From the NCBI RefSeq assembly GCF_963676685.1, contig NC_092356.1, positions 32,798,001 through 32,862,000 on the forward strand: a DNA stretch of 64,000 nucleotides, read 5' to 3'. Under the pieces are notes generated by a model. That model had not been told where the DNA came from. It ran no database searches and worked only from the letters and a program-made list of their open reading frames with translations. Shown piece after piece: positions 51,021 to 63,288 of the stretch. This DNA comes from Mytilus edulis. Lineage: Eukaryota. Both the position numbers and the translations under genes were made by a program. Within the stretch, counting starts at the first letter, position 1. Each line of letters begins with the position of its first letter.

Positions 51021-53448
51021 GTTATTGGACAGACACCTATACAGATTATCATAAAACCTCATCACAACATAATATGGTATAGTTACTCTGATAATATATA
51101 AGAGCATGACATAAAAATAAAATTTCATTAATAAAATCTGAATTGTAATCTCATGTATTCAAATATCTCGACCGTATCCACTTTTTGATTTCAAACTTAT
51201 TGAGATCTTATCATCAACATACATGTACATTGTTTCTGTGCAATGCATGCCTTAAATTAAATGAGATAGGAAACATTTAAGAACCCCAATGCGACGCTAT
51301 TTAAAAAAAAAATATGAAAAATAGAAGCTTACTGTTATATAAACTCTTGCTGCTGCTTTGCTTATGAATTTGATCTGTTCTGATGTAAATCTGATTGTTA
51401 TTGCTGCTGTTTTCCTTACATTCTCAATTTTAAGTTCCAGTCCAGTTTTCCTAATTCTTTGACAATATCGTCTAGTAGCTTTACAAAAATCTTAAAATAT
51501 TTCAATTTGAATTGCAGAACGTACATAAAACATTTACCGTTTGAATTGTTCTTGTCGTGAATACGGATTCCATATTCGTCATTTCACATTTAAAAAATAA
51601 AAAAAAACCATTAAAAATATATTTTCTAATCCAGTGGAATATAAATTAAGTACATAAGTCCACTTTTCTTTTTGAGCGTTTTTGTTATTTCTCTTACGGA
51701 GATTAAAACTGAAATGATTGGTATTTAAAAAAAAAGACCCCAACAAATGTTTACACATGCATGTCACAAGCTTAAACATATTCAGTAATTGTCTTAAGTT
51801 ATATCTTAATGTTTTTCATAGAAATAAGGAGATGTGGTATGATTGCCTATGCTTGATTAGACAACGTTTCAGAAGAGACCAAAATACACAGAAGTTAACA
51901 ACTATAGGTCACCGTACAGCATTCAACATTGAGTATAACCCATACCGCATAGTCGGCTATAAAAGTCCATGAAATATAAATGGAAAATAATTCAAACGAG
52001 TAAACTAACGGCCTGATTTATGTACAAAAAAGTGAACGAAAAACAAATATGATATACAACAACAAACGACAACCACTGAATTACAGGCTCCTGTTTTGTT
52101 TTGTGGAATAAGGTGTTGATGACAGTTTGTTTTTAATTCATATGTTTACCGACGGATTTCTTCTGATTATTTGCTGTTTTGTGTTGCTGTCTCATTTTCT
52201 TCATCCCACAACTATTGGACGAAATAGCATATGCAGATTAGATATCAGTTGCTTTATCATTGATAAACTTTTATTAGATATTTTTTAAGTCAATACATTT
52301 ATTCATTTATATAATTACTTCTTCTTCATCAGCTGGTTTTCCAAAGAGTAGTAGCACCCTTCTAATGACGTGCTTTTCTTCTGGGATCAAACTACGTTTG
52401 TCTAATATATAATGGTTGGCTGGACTGGGAAGAAGAACAGTACATGTTTCTCAAGTGTTTGGTCAGACTTCTTAGGTTTTTATGCATGTCATAAAACCTT
52501 TTCTCATATTGACTCTGTCTTACAATAGTTGAACTATCAAATGATTCTTTTGGAAAGATCGTACTGTAGATTTGTGATTTCTCTGTAAAAAAGATGTCAA
52601 TATTTGAACTATCAAATGATTCTTTTGGAAAGATCGTACTGTAGATTTGTGATTTCTCTGTAAAAAAGATGTCTAAGGTTATGATTACAGTATAATGTCA
52701 AGCAATCAATATTTATAGACAACTCTAATTTCTTACTTTTCTACAATACAGTTCAGATACTCAAATATGGCAATTTTCTCTAAATTTTCTTGTGAATTAT
52801 TATGATTAAGTTTACATGCTTGACGCGTTTTTTTTTTTACAGAACTCGTAAATTAACTTTTCCGTTTGTCAATATTTCTTATTTATATTTTCCGCCGTTT
52901 CAAACAGACACATATTAGAATACACATATCTAAATAAGATTATATTATCACTTTTGGATGTCTTTAGTAAAGCAACTTTTCTTCTTGCTTTCTAGATATC
53001 GAGGTCGTTTTCATGAAAATGTTTATTTATGCAGTCTTGTATCTTGGTCACTGTTATAAATTATAAACCGCTAGAAGTGCACGAGGAAGGAGAGTGTTTC
53101 AAGTTTGCAGACCGAATTCGGCTCAATACTAGTTTCATAGAGATAATAGGAAGATGTCAGTATCTGGAAGTCAATGAATTGTTCTATCTTGTCTGTTTTA
53201 CACTACTACCATATTATATGGGGAGTTCCGATTGCAAATGCTTAAAGACCATGTATGTTTTTTTTATGTTGCCCCTTTGTTATAGATTCCAAATAAAACT
53301 GTCCATGATAATAAAAAAAATGGAGAATCAAGCCTTAGTGTTAAATCATTTTCATGAGAGAGGAACTGCTGTAATAATTTGATTATAAAAATGATAACGT
53401 GTGTAATGCTAAGTATACAAAAGACATAACTTTTGTTCTTAGTCTTAC

Positions 53449-54566
53449 CTCAATAAATACTTGTGTTAAAGCTTTATAAACCAGTAAATTGTAGCAAGCA
53501 CTCGTCCATTTTGTTAATCTTTGTTGGTTAAAAGTTCGAGCATATAGTAACCTGGGTCATCAGGAGTAGTGACAGTAATCGTAACTTCCTTTCCCTGTAT
53601 GATGTTTCAAATAGAGCGTTCCGTTATGCTAGTGGTATCTCTTTTCAAAATAATCCATTTGAATTGTAAAGATTGGCTTTCATTTTGAAACATTCGGGCT
53701 ATTTATAACCGACTCGAAATTTTAATTTCAATCTATTATTCATTTCTAATTGAATGGCTCCATTTTTATATGTTGGAGTTATTAATCCACACATTCTCGC
53801 AAATGGTCCGGGTACTAATCCAACACATCCAGGATCGACAGCTAGTGGAACAGGGTCTGTGTAGGCTTCCTTACAAATCAAGCTAAATTGAGAAATTGCC
53901 GTAAGAGGTTTGTGCAATTTTCCACCATAAAACACAGTTCTGTACGTTCCTTTGACAGGAAGTAAAACTTTGCATACCCAAGAGGTACCATTTCTAACTA
54001 GAAAAACAGATCTTTGGAAATAGTCATGGTCCTGTATATTTGAGTCTTTTCTTGTCTCACCGATTGATCCAAGAAGACTTAAATCATACCACAGAACTAG
54101 ATCGTTCACAGATTGCTCAGTACCATGTAGTGTGATAGATACCTTCCCTTTTGTTGATGTTATTTTGTATTGTCGTCTGCTTGTCAATCGTGGGTCTGTT
54201 TCCCACCACGTATGGTAACATAACTCTTGTTTAATTAATTGTTTTTCAGTAATCGGATCAGGTATTAGTTGCCAGTCAGTATCATCAGGGAAGAATTCGT
54301 AGATGAACTGCTCTGGCTTTGGGTTAATGTAATAATCTAGGAAAGAGGTTTTGAAAATTTCAACATCGCTCGTTTTCAAGTCCTCATTTTTAGACTTGAA
54401 CCATCCTTGTGGGAATTTTCCAGAAAGAGCACGACAGATGCGATAAGGATGAACAATTTGCCACGCTTCATTGACATTTACTGCCGCCCATTCTGATGAT
54501 GCCACATTGTCCAAACCATCAGTTTTGTAGACACCTTTTATTTTGAAACATTTTATGCCAGCAGAC
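53449..54566 (-). pseudogene. Large exon of copy 2 (open for ~288 codons, then disrupted)
   Basis: SAGIKCFKIKG...EWAAVNV...WQIVHPYRICRALSG...DYYINPKPEQFIYEFFPDD.DWQL...PIT. The disrupted tail still reads EVTITV..PDDPGYYMLEL and SACYNLLVY, matching copy 1. Confidence 0.9.
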
Positions 54567-57500
54567 CTATATAAAATATAATTTACTGAAAACATCCCGT
54601 CATTGTGTTATTGTACTATGGTAAATTTGTGTATTCTTGTCTTTAATTCTTGCTAATATGCTTGGTCTATATGCCATTTTGTGCTTCTTTGTTACATGTT
54701 TGTTTGTTTTTATAGTGATTAAGATTATAGAAATGTTGACTGCTGTAACCCTATTTTGACATTTTTACCTATTATGTCTGTTTGGTTTTTTTCAAACTTC
54801 GTTGTCAATATAACGGAATTTGATGCGACTGTCATACAAGATAAACGTTTAGCTAGCTTTAAAACCAGGTTTAATTCACCATTTTCTACATAAGAAAATG
54901 CATGTACCAAGTCGGGAATATGACAATTGTTATCCATTCGTTTGATGTGTTTGAGCTTTTGATTTTGCCATTTGATTAGGGACTTCCCTTTTTGAATTTT
55001 CCTCGTTGTTTAGTATTTTTGTGATTTTACTTTTTACTAAGCACATGCATATATTGTATAACTTTGTTTGCGAAGTTGAGTTGCTGTCTCATAAAAGTAC
55101 CGTACTCTTCATCTCGTGTTGTCACTTATTTCTTTATACTTTAAATGTGAACATTAGCAATCAGACTGTCCCATTTCTCTATTGCTCTTTTTGTTTAAAT
55201 TTGAAAATTAAGTGTTCGACTAAGTGATTTTTCATTTACAATATGATTTTTCTCTGACCGCATCTTTTCCATTTATTTTATTATAAAAATTACTGATAAT
55301 AAAATTTGTTTATTTAGTTCAAATAACCAATTGCAAATTTGATAGTAAACTATTTATACTTACCAACAAAGCAGTATAAATATTGAATTGTAGATATTCA
55401 TATTTTTCTTTAGTAACTTCAAATACTCATCTGGTGTTCTGCTGTCATTCTCTTTCAGATCCTGCAGAGGTAACGCCTCGGCATCTGAAATATCTAATCC
55501 CCCAAGCCATATTAAAAAGGAGCGGATTAGCAGCTGATGTTTGTCCTTTTTATCTTCCAAGGATCTTTCAAAATATCCCAGTAGATTCTTGAAACTTTTA
55601 AGGAATGACTTTGGAACCTGAAAAAGTATGAAGTCAAAATATATACTTATGATTCGATATGGACTGTATCTTAACTTATTCCAAAACGTATTTGGGTTTC
55701 ATGATTTCAAATAATATATGATTTCAAAGGATTTGAGCTGAACGTTCCTTCTTAACGTTATACAGGAACACTTGATGTGCTCTTTCAAATAATTATTATA
55801 TGTGCTTTGAATCACTTATCCTTACTTATTACCTGTATGCTGGCTTTTCTGTTACCGGTTTTGCCCGTCACATCTATTTCCATGTTCCATTGATTTGAAA
55901 TGTATGTGTGTGTGTGTGTGTATGTGTTGTGAATCTTTTGACTGTTATTGATCTACATACCTGTTTCGCATGACTGTCGAGATCCTGTACTGTTTCAATA
56001 CTTTCAGAATTGTTGTCATCGTCCTAAAACAGTTAATTCAAATACTTCACATTTTCAATTTGTGTTGGTAATATTATGACAAGTTCCTTCGATTTATATC
56101 GTACATAATTAATGATCTTCACAGTCATTTAAGTCATTCTTTATTGTTTACATTTTGCGTGCTGAATGCAGGGTAAACAATCCTTTTTATTTATTTATTT
56201 GAAAGAGACAGTTATCTCTAATTTCCTTTTCTAAATTATGAGGTTGTGAATGGGGGTTGTCGAGAATAATGGGCAAAAAATATAAAGAATAGAGAAAAAA
56301 ATAGATCAAACAATTAAAGAATATCAAATAATGAAGTGCTTAAATAAAAATAATAGAGAATAACGGGTAAAAAGTATGATAATTATATAGGGAAAACTTG
56401 CATAAAAAAATAAAGAATACAGATTTGAAAGACTCCCATCCATACCATTTCATTGTACTTATTTGAACCAAAGTGCATCTTGTACACTGCACAGTCTCCA
56501 GAAAATCAGAAGTGACGAATTTTATCTCATAAACATGTATCTTGGAATTACAAAATAATTGACAACATGATAAAACACAATTTTTATCAGAGAATTTAAA
56601 CACAATGGTGCCACTAGTGTAACAGGAAATGCTAACATTTCCGGTGCATTACATCCCATCCCCGTTTTCAGATGGGTTAGTTTTTCTCATTCTTTAGTTT
56701 TCTACGTCTCGTGTTTATTGACTTGTTTGCCTGCTCGTTTTTCTTCTTTCTGTCATAGTTTATGTCTGTCTTTCTTTTTACTTTCGGTTTTTAATCTGAC
56801 CAATTTTTTATCTTCTCGGATTTTTTTTCAATTTGGTACTTTTTCGTGCTTATACATTTTGTACATGTAGTTTACCGTTTCTAGTACAGCTTAACAGTGG
56901 ATTAATTTTTAAGCATTACATGCAAGAACAGAGCATAATGACATAATCATAAAAAAAATAATAAGATGTTATAACAGCGAATTATAATAATATCGTTTCT
57001 CGTCAACCGAAAAAGTATCTATATCGGTGTCATCATATTCAGCCTCAGAATCATCATTATTGTCAGAAGAAATAACAACGTCAACAATTTTAAATGAGGG
57101 CAACAACGCTTCATCTAGGATACTAGCACACATACCCATTGTATATGGTAAACTGTTTATACAGTTACATGTATCCTAGATATTTTCTTAATAATGGACC
57201 CATTAGATAGCCCTACGATATCAATGCTACCTATGTTATTCACGCCTCAATGTCCGAAATCTAACGCATTCATTTAGCCAAACAAGGGAATGTTTTGACA
57301 AGCGTATTATGTCCAGCTGAACGTCAAAATGATAATTAGTTTTCGCTCCTATACAGACGGAATTTTATAAAACAACATTTTATTTTATGACATGAAAAGT
57401 AATACCTGTTAAACAAATAAGCCATAATTTTCTGGTCATATTTTAACAAAGGATGTTTATTAAAATGCTAATTATTTGGCACTGTTTATTATATTACTAC

Positions 57501-57957
57501 ACCTTTAAGTTATCAGTTTTAAAATAAATTAAGTTTTAGTGAATTTCAAAGCTAATATGAGGCAGGCATTACCTGTGAATGGGGACGAAGTTTGTTTAAA
57601 TTATTTTTTTTGTATTTTAAATATTTGTTAAAAAAAAGATACGGAAATACCGTACCGTTTCCGATTTTGGTTCTGTTGTTAGGGATTTTACTTGTGACGT
57701 TATTTAAGTTATGACGTCATGTTCAATGTAAACAAAGAAACGCAATGCATCAGGCCTAACGTTTATTCATACCAAAGACAAAGAATGATTAAAAATGAAA
57801 TATTGGTATTGTGTTCCTTGAGTTCCTATATTTTATTAGACTAATCAAAGTCTCACGACAATAAGACCGGAAGAAGGAAGTAGAGTTATATGTTCTGCGC
57901 AGATCCGGAAATTAAAAAACACAACAAAAAAAAAATTGAACGATTTTGAGTTCATTA

Positions 57958-58580
57958 GGTAGCAATACACAGTTAGAAGTTTAGTTTCGCATTATGGCCC
58001 CTGTGAATTTTTTAAATATGAAAGTTTTTGTACAATAAAATTGATTTTTAGATACTTGAAGAATAATATAGCCTTCTTAGTGGGTTTATATGAACATTTA
58101 GATTGTTTTTAACATGTTTTATAGGCCATTTATATGATTGACAGTCCGTATTTTCCTATCCGTACCGTCCATAGGTACATAAATTATTGTAGTGTTTATC
58201 AACAAAGATTTTGCGCTCGATCTTTTCAATTCAATTTTATGGAAAAACGAGCAGATAGACATATGATTTTTTTTTTGACCACTTGAAAGATATAAACCTA
58301 TGGATTCAGGAAAGGTATCACTGTAATTGATTGAAATTTTCCTTTAGACCAAATTTTGGAGACTTTTGTGACATGTTCACCCCCCTTTTTTGCTATATTT
58401 TGTATCTAAGAAATGCAGATTGTTGCCATGGTTACACCCAAAAGGGATTATATTTCACCCTTATGACCATTAGAAATCAAATAAATAGATTTATTAAACC
58501 TTCGAATCCTTTGTGCTTTTTACTAAAAGTTAGGATTTTAATGATTTTGGTTAACAAGACTATAGATGATATGGCTACCG
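57958..58580. mobile_element. Non-autonomous TIR element truncating the duplicated exon 2
   Basis: Imperfect inverted ends GGTAGCAATACACAGTTAG / CTATAGATGATATGGCTACC. Confidence 0.5.
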
Positions 58581-59696
58581 TTCGTATTGCCGGATGTCCG
58601 GTGAGTTGTGCCAAATGTTCACTTTCGTTCTGTTGGGCTGACTTAAAGGCTACTTTCTTCTCAAAGGAAGATTTAGCTTTGCTCTTCATCAATATCATCT
58701 GACGACTGGACCATCTATTAAACATATTTCAGATCATACTTGATGGTAACAAGAAGGGTACATAAATAACCTAAATAGAAAAATAACATAGGCCAAAACA
58801 GATTCTTCTTTTATCTATATTTAAGTTTCAGAGTTACTTTATTCTAAAAGGCTCGTAGAGTAAGGTCAAGTCTAATCTTAGAAGAGAAAATTCAATGAAA
58901 TTGGGACAAGATTTGACAAATGCTACATCGCGGTAACATTTGAGGCTTTTGAAAAATATCACTCATTTAAGACAGAAAAAACGTCCAAACAAATAACACG
59001 ACAAAATTTTAAAAATTCTAAAACATAACGATAAAGCGTGCTCTATTATGTGGCGCTGATTTAGCGACTTTCCATCAGTTCGATTTCATATGATCTTCTG
59101 ACAATCCATTAATCATGGACATCTAGAAACTTGTTGATATTACTCATATCGGTCTTTTATTGTTACTATACGGTATGGGTTTTGCTCATTGTTCAAGGCC
59201 ATACGATGACCGCAGTTGTCTATATCATTATTGTACTGTTTTGTTTTCAAGGTATGTACCAATAAGCAATCATATCACATTTTCTTGTTGATTTTTATTT
59301 TTATTTTAAAGTTGTTTAAACATGTTGCAGTGAAATTATTATTATTATAAAAAGTAACACCGATTACTATTTTGTTTTGAATAATTTTTTTCAAACAGAG
59401 CAATTTTTTAAAATTTCATATGATTTTTTTTCTATCAGTTTTTTATTTGGCAATTTTACTTTTGATGGTTTTTTGTTTTTTATTTAATTCTTAAATTTTC
59501 TTAAATTTTTCTTGATAATCATCATAAATGTACGTACTTTCTTAAAAGCGTTAAGGGTTTTAGGTTTTGCATCCGAAACTGCATCTATTTCATCTACAGA
59601 AAACATTACTGAGTCAGTTTCAGCTGTGACAATGACATCTTCTACTTCTATACTCGGTGAAAGACATTGGTCTAACAGACTAACAGTACTACCCAT
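58581..59696 (-). pseudogene. Extra 5' exon pair of the KY/hillarin-like family (exon 1 59696-59538; exon 2 58770-~58581)
   Basis: Exon 1 MGSTVSLLDQCLSPSIEVEDV...FSVDE (53 codons, donor AAA|GTACGT) aligns with the exon at 57139. Exon 2 KSKAKSSFEKKVAFKSA aligns with copy-1 exon 2 RRQAKRNVVKRVLYRNA and has a TGA at 58729-58731. Confidence 0.65.
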
Positions 59697-60071
59697 TTTT
59701 GATACTTTATGACACGAGATCTTTCATTTCAGGACTTCTGATCCAACCATGTAGTATGGCATGTTATTGAGATATGGTTTTGGTCGATGGATGTTCATGA
59801 AGGACCTGTAGTACAAAGTACATGTATATAACTGGATTTAGCTCTTTGTCTAAGTGTATTATTAAAGTACTTTGCTGTGAGCTCAGTTCATTGTTATGCA
59901 ATTCATTCTTTGTGAAATAAAGATTTGACAGACAACTCTCATGAACAAGGATTTGTCAAAGTACATGTATTATCACCTCTATGTACAATGTAAGTAAAAG
60001 GGAGATGAAAGCATTCTATTTCGATTTGAACCAAACATTTTATGTCAATTGACCAAATTTTAAAAAAGAAC

Positions 60072-60667
60072 AAAGGAGTAGGTCCAGTAAGACCCGTTTT
60101 TGGCCCCAAAATATAGCAGTTTTACAAAAGTGATATAATGTAAACTTTTAGTTCTTTACTGGACAGTAGAATGCTTCTGCTACTTAAATATGGGCTGTTT
60201 TTGACAATACAATGCACATATATCGGGTACTAGCACCATAAAGTCATGCTTAATTACTGAAATCTTCACAATTCTAGCATTTTAGTTAAATTTTAGACGG
60301 TTTTCGTGTAAAACGAAAGTGGCCGCATTCGTTTTCATCCTTAATATTGAAATGAAAATTGTATTTTATGATAATACATAACATATATAAAGGTTGAGGA
60401 TGAACACGGATGCGGCCACTTTCATTTTTGACAAAAACCAAACCGAAAAGAGACATTTTCCGGCATATTTGGTAAATATTTCATATTTGAGCTTGAATTG
60501 GATCGTTTTTAATGACTAAATCAGTTAAAATCTTTCACATAAACTAATTGATTCAAATGAATTAGACACTTGAGTGTTTAAAAAGTGGTCAAAATCTTTC
60601 ATCAGATGAACCTGAAATTTGAGGCCAAAATCGGTCCTTACCGGACCTATATAGTGAGTACTCCTTT
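60072..60667. mobile_element. MITE with TIRs and an internal long hairpin
   Basis: AAAGGAGTAGGTCCAGTAAG..TTTTGGCC / GGCCAAAATCGGTCCTTACCGGACCTA[insert]CTCCTTT; internal inverted repeat AAAGTGGCCGCAT...ATGCGGCCACTTT (60316-60422). Confidence 0.75.
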
Positions 60668-61674
60668 ACCCGACAATGCTACTCCCGCTACTAGAAATAT
60701 GATTCTAGGTTGTTATAATACATCTGTACTGCCTACTGATGACTCGGTCCTGAGTGTAAATGGTCCTTCAATTATGTTTAAAAAAAATTATAAGTCCTTT
60801 CTTGCCTAATCGATTTCTAAAACTATATTTTATTGTACATGTTCAACATTTTTCATTCATTTGTTTATTTCTCGATTTGTATGAATTAACATTGTTACAG
60901 TAAATGTTAATTACTACACTTTCCTACCACAACAAATTCTATATTTCATTTTGTACATGTATCACTTACATTTGTATCCATATAACAACAAAAAATGAAA
61001 AGAGAATAATTGTGCAATACCTTTTGAATACTATAACTTTTTAGATATGTTGACATATTAAGACTAATTAAGTAGATATTGATTATATCCACTTGACATG
61101 CTTGAAATTCTATCAGATTAGTTTTGGAGCAGTTATGAGTCTTTGAAGTATGCTCACAAAGGTTCTTTTGGTGAAATCATTTTCATATTGGTCAAAATTG
61201 TACTTTGCTTCGACCAGCTATGGAGGAGATATTATCAAAGAATTGATAAAAGTCAACACAAAGGTTTACTTCCTAGCTAATTTAGTTTTTCTATAATAAA
61301 AGTCTAATCACTATAAAACATTAAACTCGAAATGGACTTTCTGTTTGCGAATTTTAAAATTATGATTCGATTTCATTTGGTTTACTTTAAGAATGAACAG
61401 TAGTTAACCATACGTCTCCTTTAAAGGCACTGGGGTAAAGCTGATGACCGTAACTGCATTCACGGTCATCCCAAGATGTCGAATGAAAAATTAGCTCAGT
61501 ATCTGTTTTGTCTGTTACAGTGTTTCTATATCATTTTATTTACAAAGGAGACAGTGATACGATGTAAATTTATAAAAGATTCACACAGAAATCACAAATT
61601 ACTACCGAAAATTGTTCAGGAAACGCGAAATTCAATTTGAAAAAATCGCTAAGATGACCGTAAATCATTATCAA

Positions 61675-61815
61675 AATATTTTTAAGATGACCGTAACATA
61701 AAACAAGGATGACCGTGATTGGTAAACAGATGACCGTAACTTGTAATAGATGACCGTAATTTGTAAAGAATGACTGTAATTTATAAAGGATGATCGTAAC
61801 TTTTAAATGATGACC
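61675..61815 (+). repeat. Short ~20-bp GATGACCGTAA tandem units
   Basis: GATGACCGTAA or a variant repeated about 7 times, with further copies at 61443 and 61653. Confidence 0.7.
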
Positions 61816-63216
61816 CACAATTCTAAGAATATCCGTATTTGCATTCATAGCTTTGTGTTGTGTTTGTCTCAATACGGGCTTAGTTAGCGGATATAAACAT
61901 GTTTCATCATTTATTTTTAACTGTTTGCCGTATTTTGAGTTCATGACAATGAATGATAGTAAATTGCAAATTTCACGTAAACAATGAAATATTTATTGAT
62001 AACGACTTTAAAATTTTAATACAAATTGACAGAGATACGACGAAAAGTCCTACTTAAAGTCATCCAACATTTGTTTCGACCTAGCTGTTATAAAATAAGC
62101 CCACTAAGATAGCTATTATTGTTTTTAAATTCATTATTTATAAAGCGGTATATGTGTTTAGGAACATCACGAGTTTTTATAGGTTCAAGAGATGACCATG
62201 CATTTGTTTTCCTTGTACGTTCACCTGATCGGTTAAGCTATTCACGTATAATTACTATTTAAGACACACATTAGTCAGAATCTATGATATTTATTAACCA
62301 GCGTTCAAACATCTCTGCATCACTGTAGTTTTATGACAAATATTTCATTTATAAAATGTAAATTTTACCATGTTAAAGAAATGAAAAATAAGGACGTAAT
62401 ACTAAGGCAATTCAATAATAGATAACCTTATAGATATCACTTTTGTTCATTGAGAGATTACCCGGCATCATTTTATGACAAGTTACTAAACTGCTACAGG
62501 AATGATTATAAGAGGCTAAGATTTGTTTGTCATACATGTTTGGATTCTTTGGATAATCGATTTTATTCCAAGTTTATATAAAACATATATAAACAAATAT
62601 CGATATATTTTAATAAATTACTGATTGTGGTTTAGTCTGAAATGTTTTATACGACTTAAAACAAAAACCTTTTTAATAAGAGGTTTAAAAATAGGCGCAT
62701 TTGTGCAAAGTTTTAGAGGGTATACACTGACATATTTTAACCCAATTTTTATTTGAAAAAAATAAAAACACAATGAAAACATGTTGCTTAAATTATAATG
62801 TATGCATAACAGATTGTATGTATTTCACAGGAACAACTTAAGTAACTGTATTGAAAATTGAGGACTGTTTTCTTTATGTCTGCAAACATCTGCATTGACA
62901 TAGCTCCAGTAAATAAACGCATCATAGATACCAGGATTACAAAATATGGTTACAAAAACATTGTTTTAAAATTTCAAATTCATCATTCGTTATGCTGTTA
63001 ATGTCAAGAGGACAAACGAGGTCAGCTTAAGAGTAGATCCTAAAAATGGTATACTCCGACTACTTAAATTGTTAAGTATAAAACACTGTAATTCTGTCTT
63101 TTATGCATGCAATAGTTAAATCAATTTTCAAACAGAACAGGTCGTCGCTGCCAGTTGCCTTTGATTTAGAAAAAAAAAATGTTATGCAAAATGCAATTTT
63201 AAAATAATATTTTCAG

Positions 63217-63288
63217 GAATTTGAGGAACAATAACATTACAAGGATTGATGCCAACTCATTTAAAGAATTGTCGGCGCTTACAAAATT
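63217..63288 (+). CDS. Single 72-nt leucine-rich-repeat exon of an LRR gene extending beyond, or decayed within, the window
   Basis: TTTTCAG|G AAT TTG AGG AAC AAT AAC ATT...ACA AAA TT|GTGAGT encodes NLRNNNITRIDANSFKELSALTKL. This is a 24-aa LRR in a phase 2-2, 72-nt exon. Confidence 0.75.

Larger units (their letters stand above)
49742..57139 (-). pseudogene. Hillarin/KY-like transglutaminase-fold gene, copy 2 (pseudogene)
   Basis: Exons 57139-~56990, 56023-55961, 55617-55364, 54566-53449, ~53120-52951, ~52580-52319, ~51490-51333, 49795-49742, homologous to copy 1. Stops and frameshifts begin at 53701 (GYK*PECF...LF*...LA*) and recur in later exons. Confidence 0.85.

Noticed and set aside
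50322-51128. 228-aa and 248-aa repeat ORFs on both strands
   Set aside because: The unit length is a multiple of 3 and derives from an interspersed repeat, and the array lies in a pseudogene intron.
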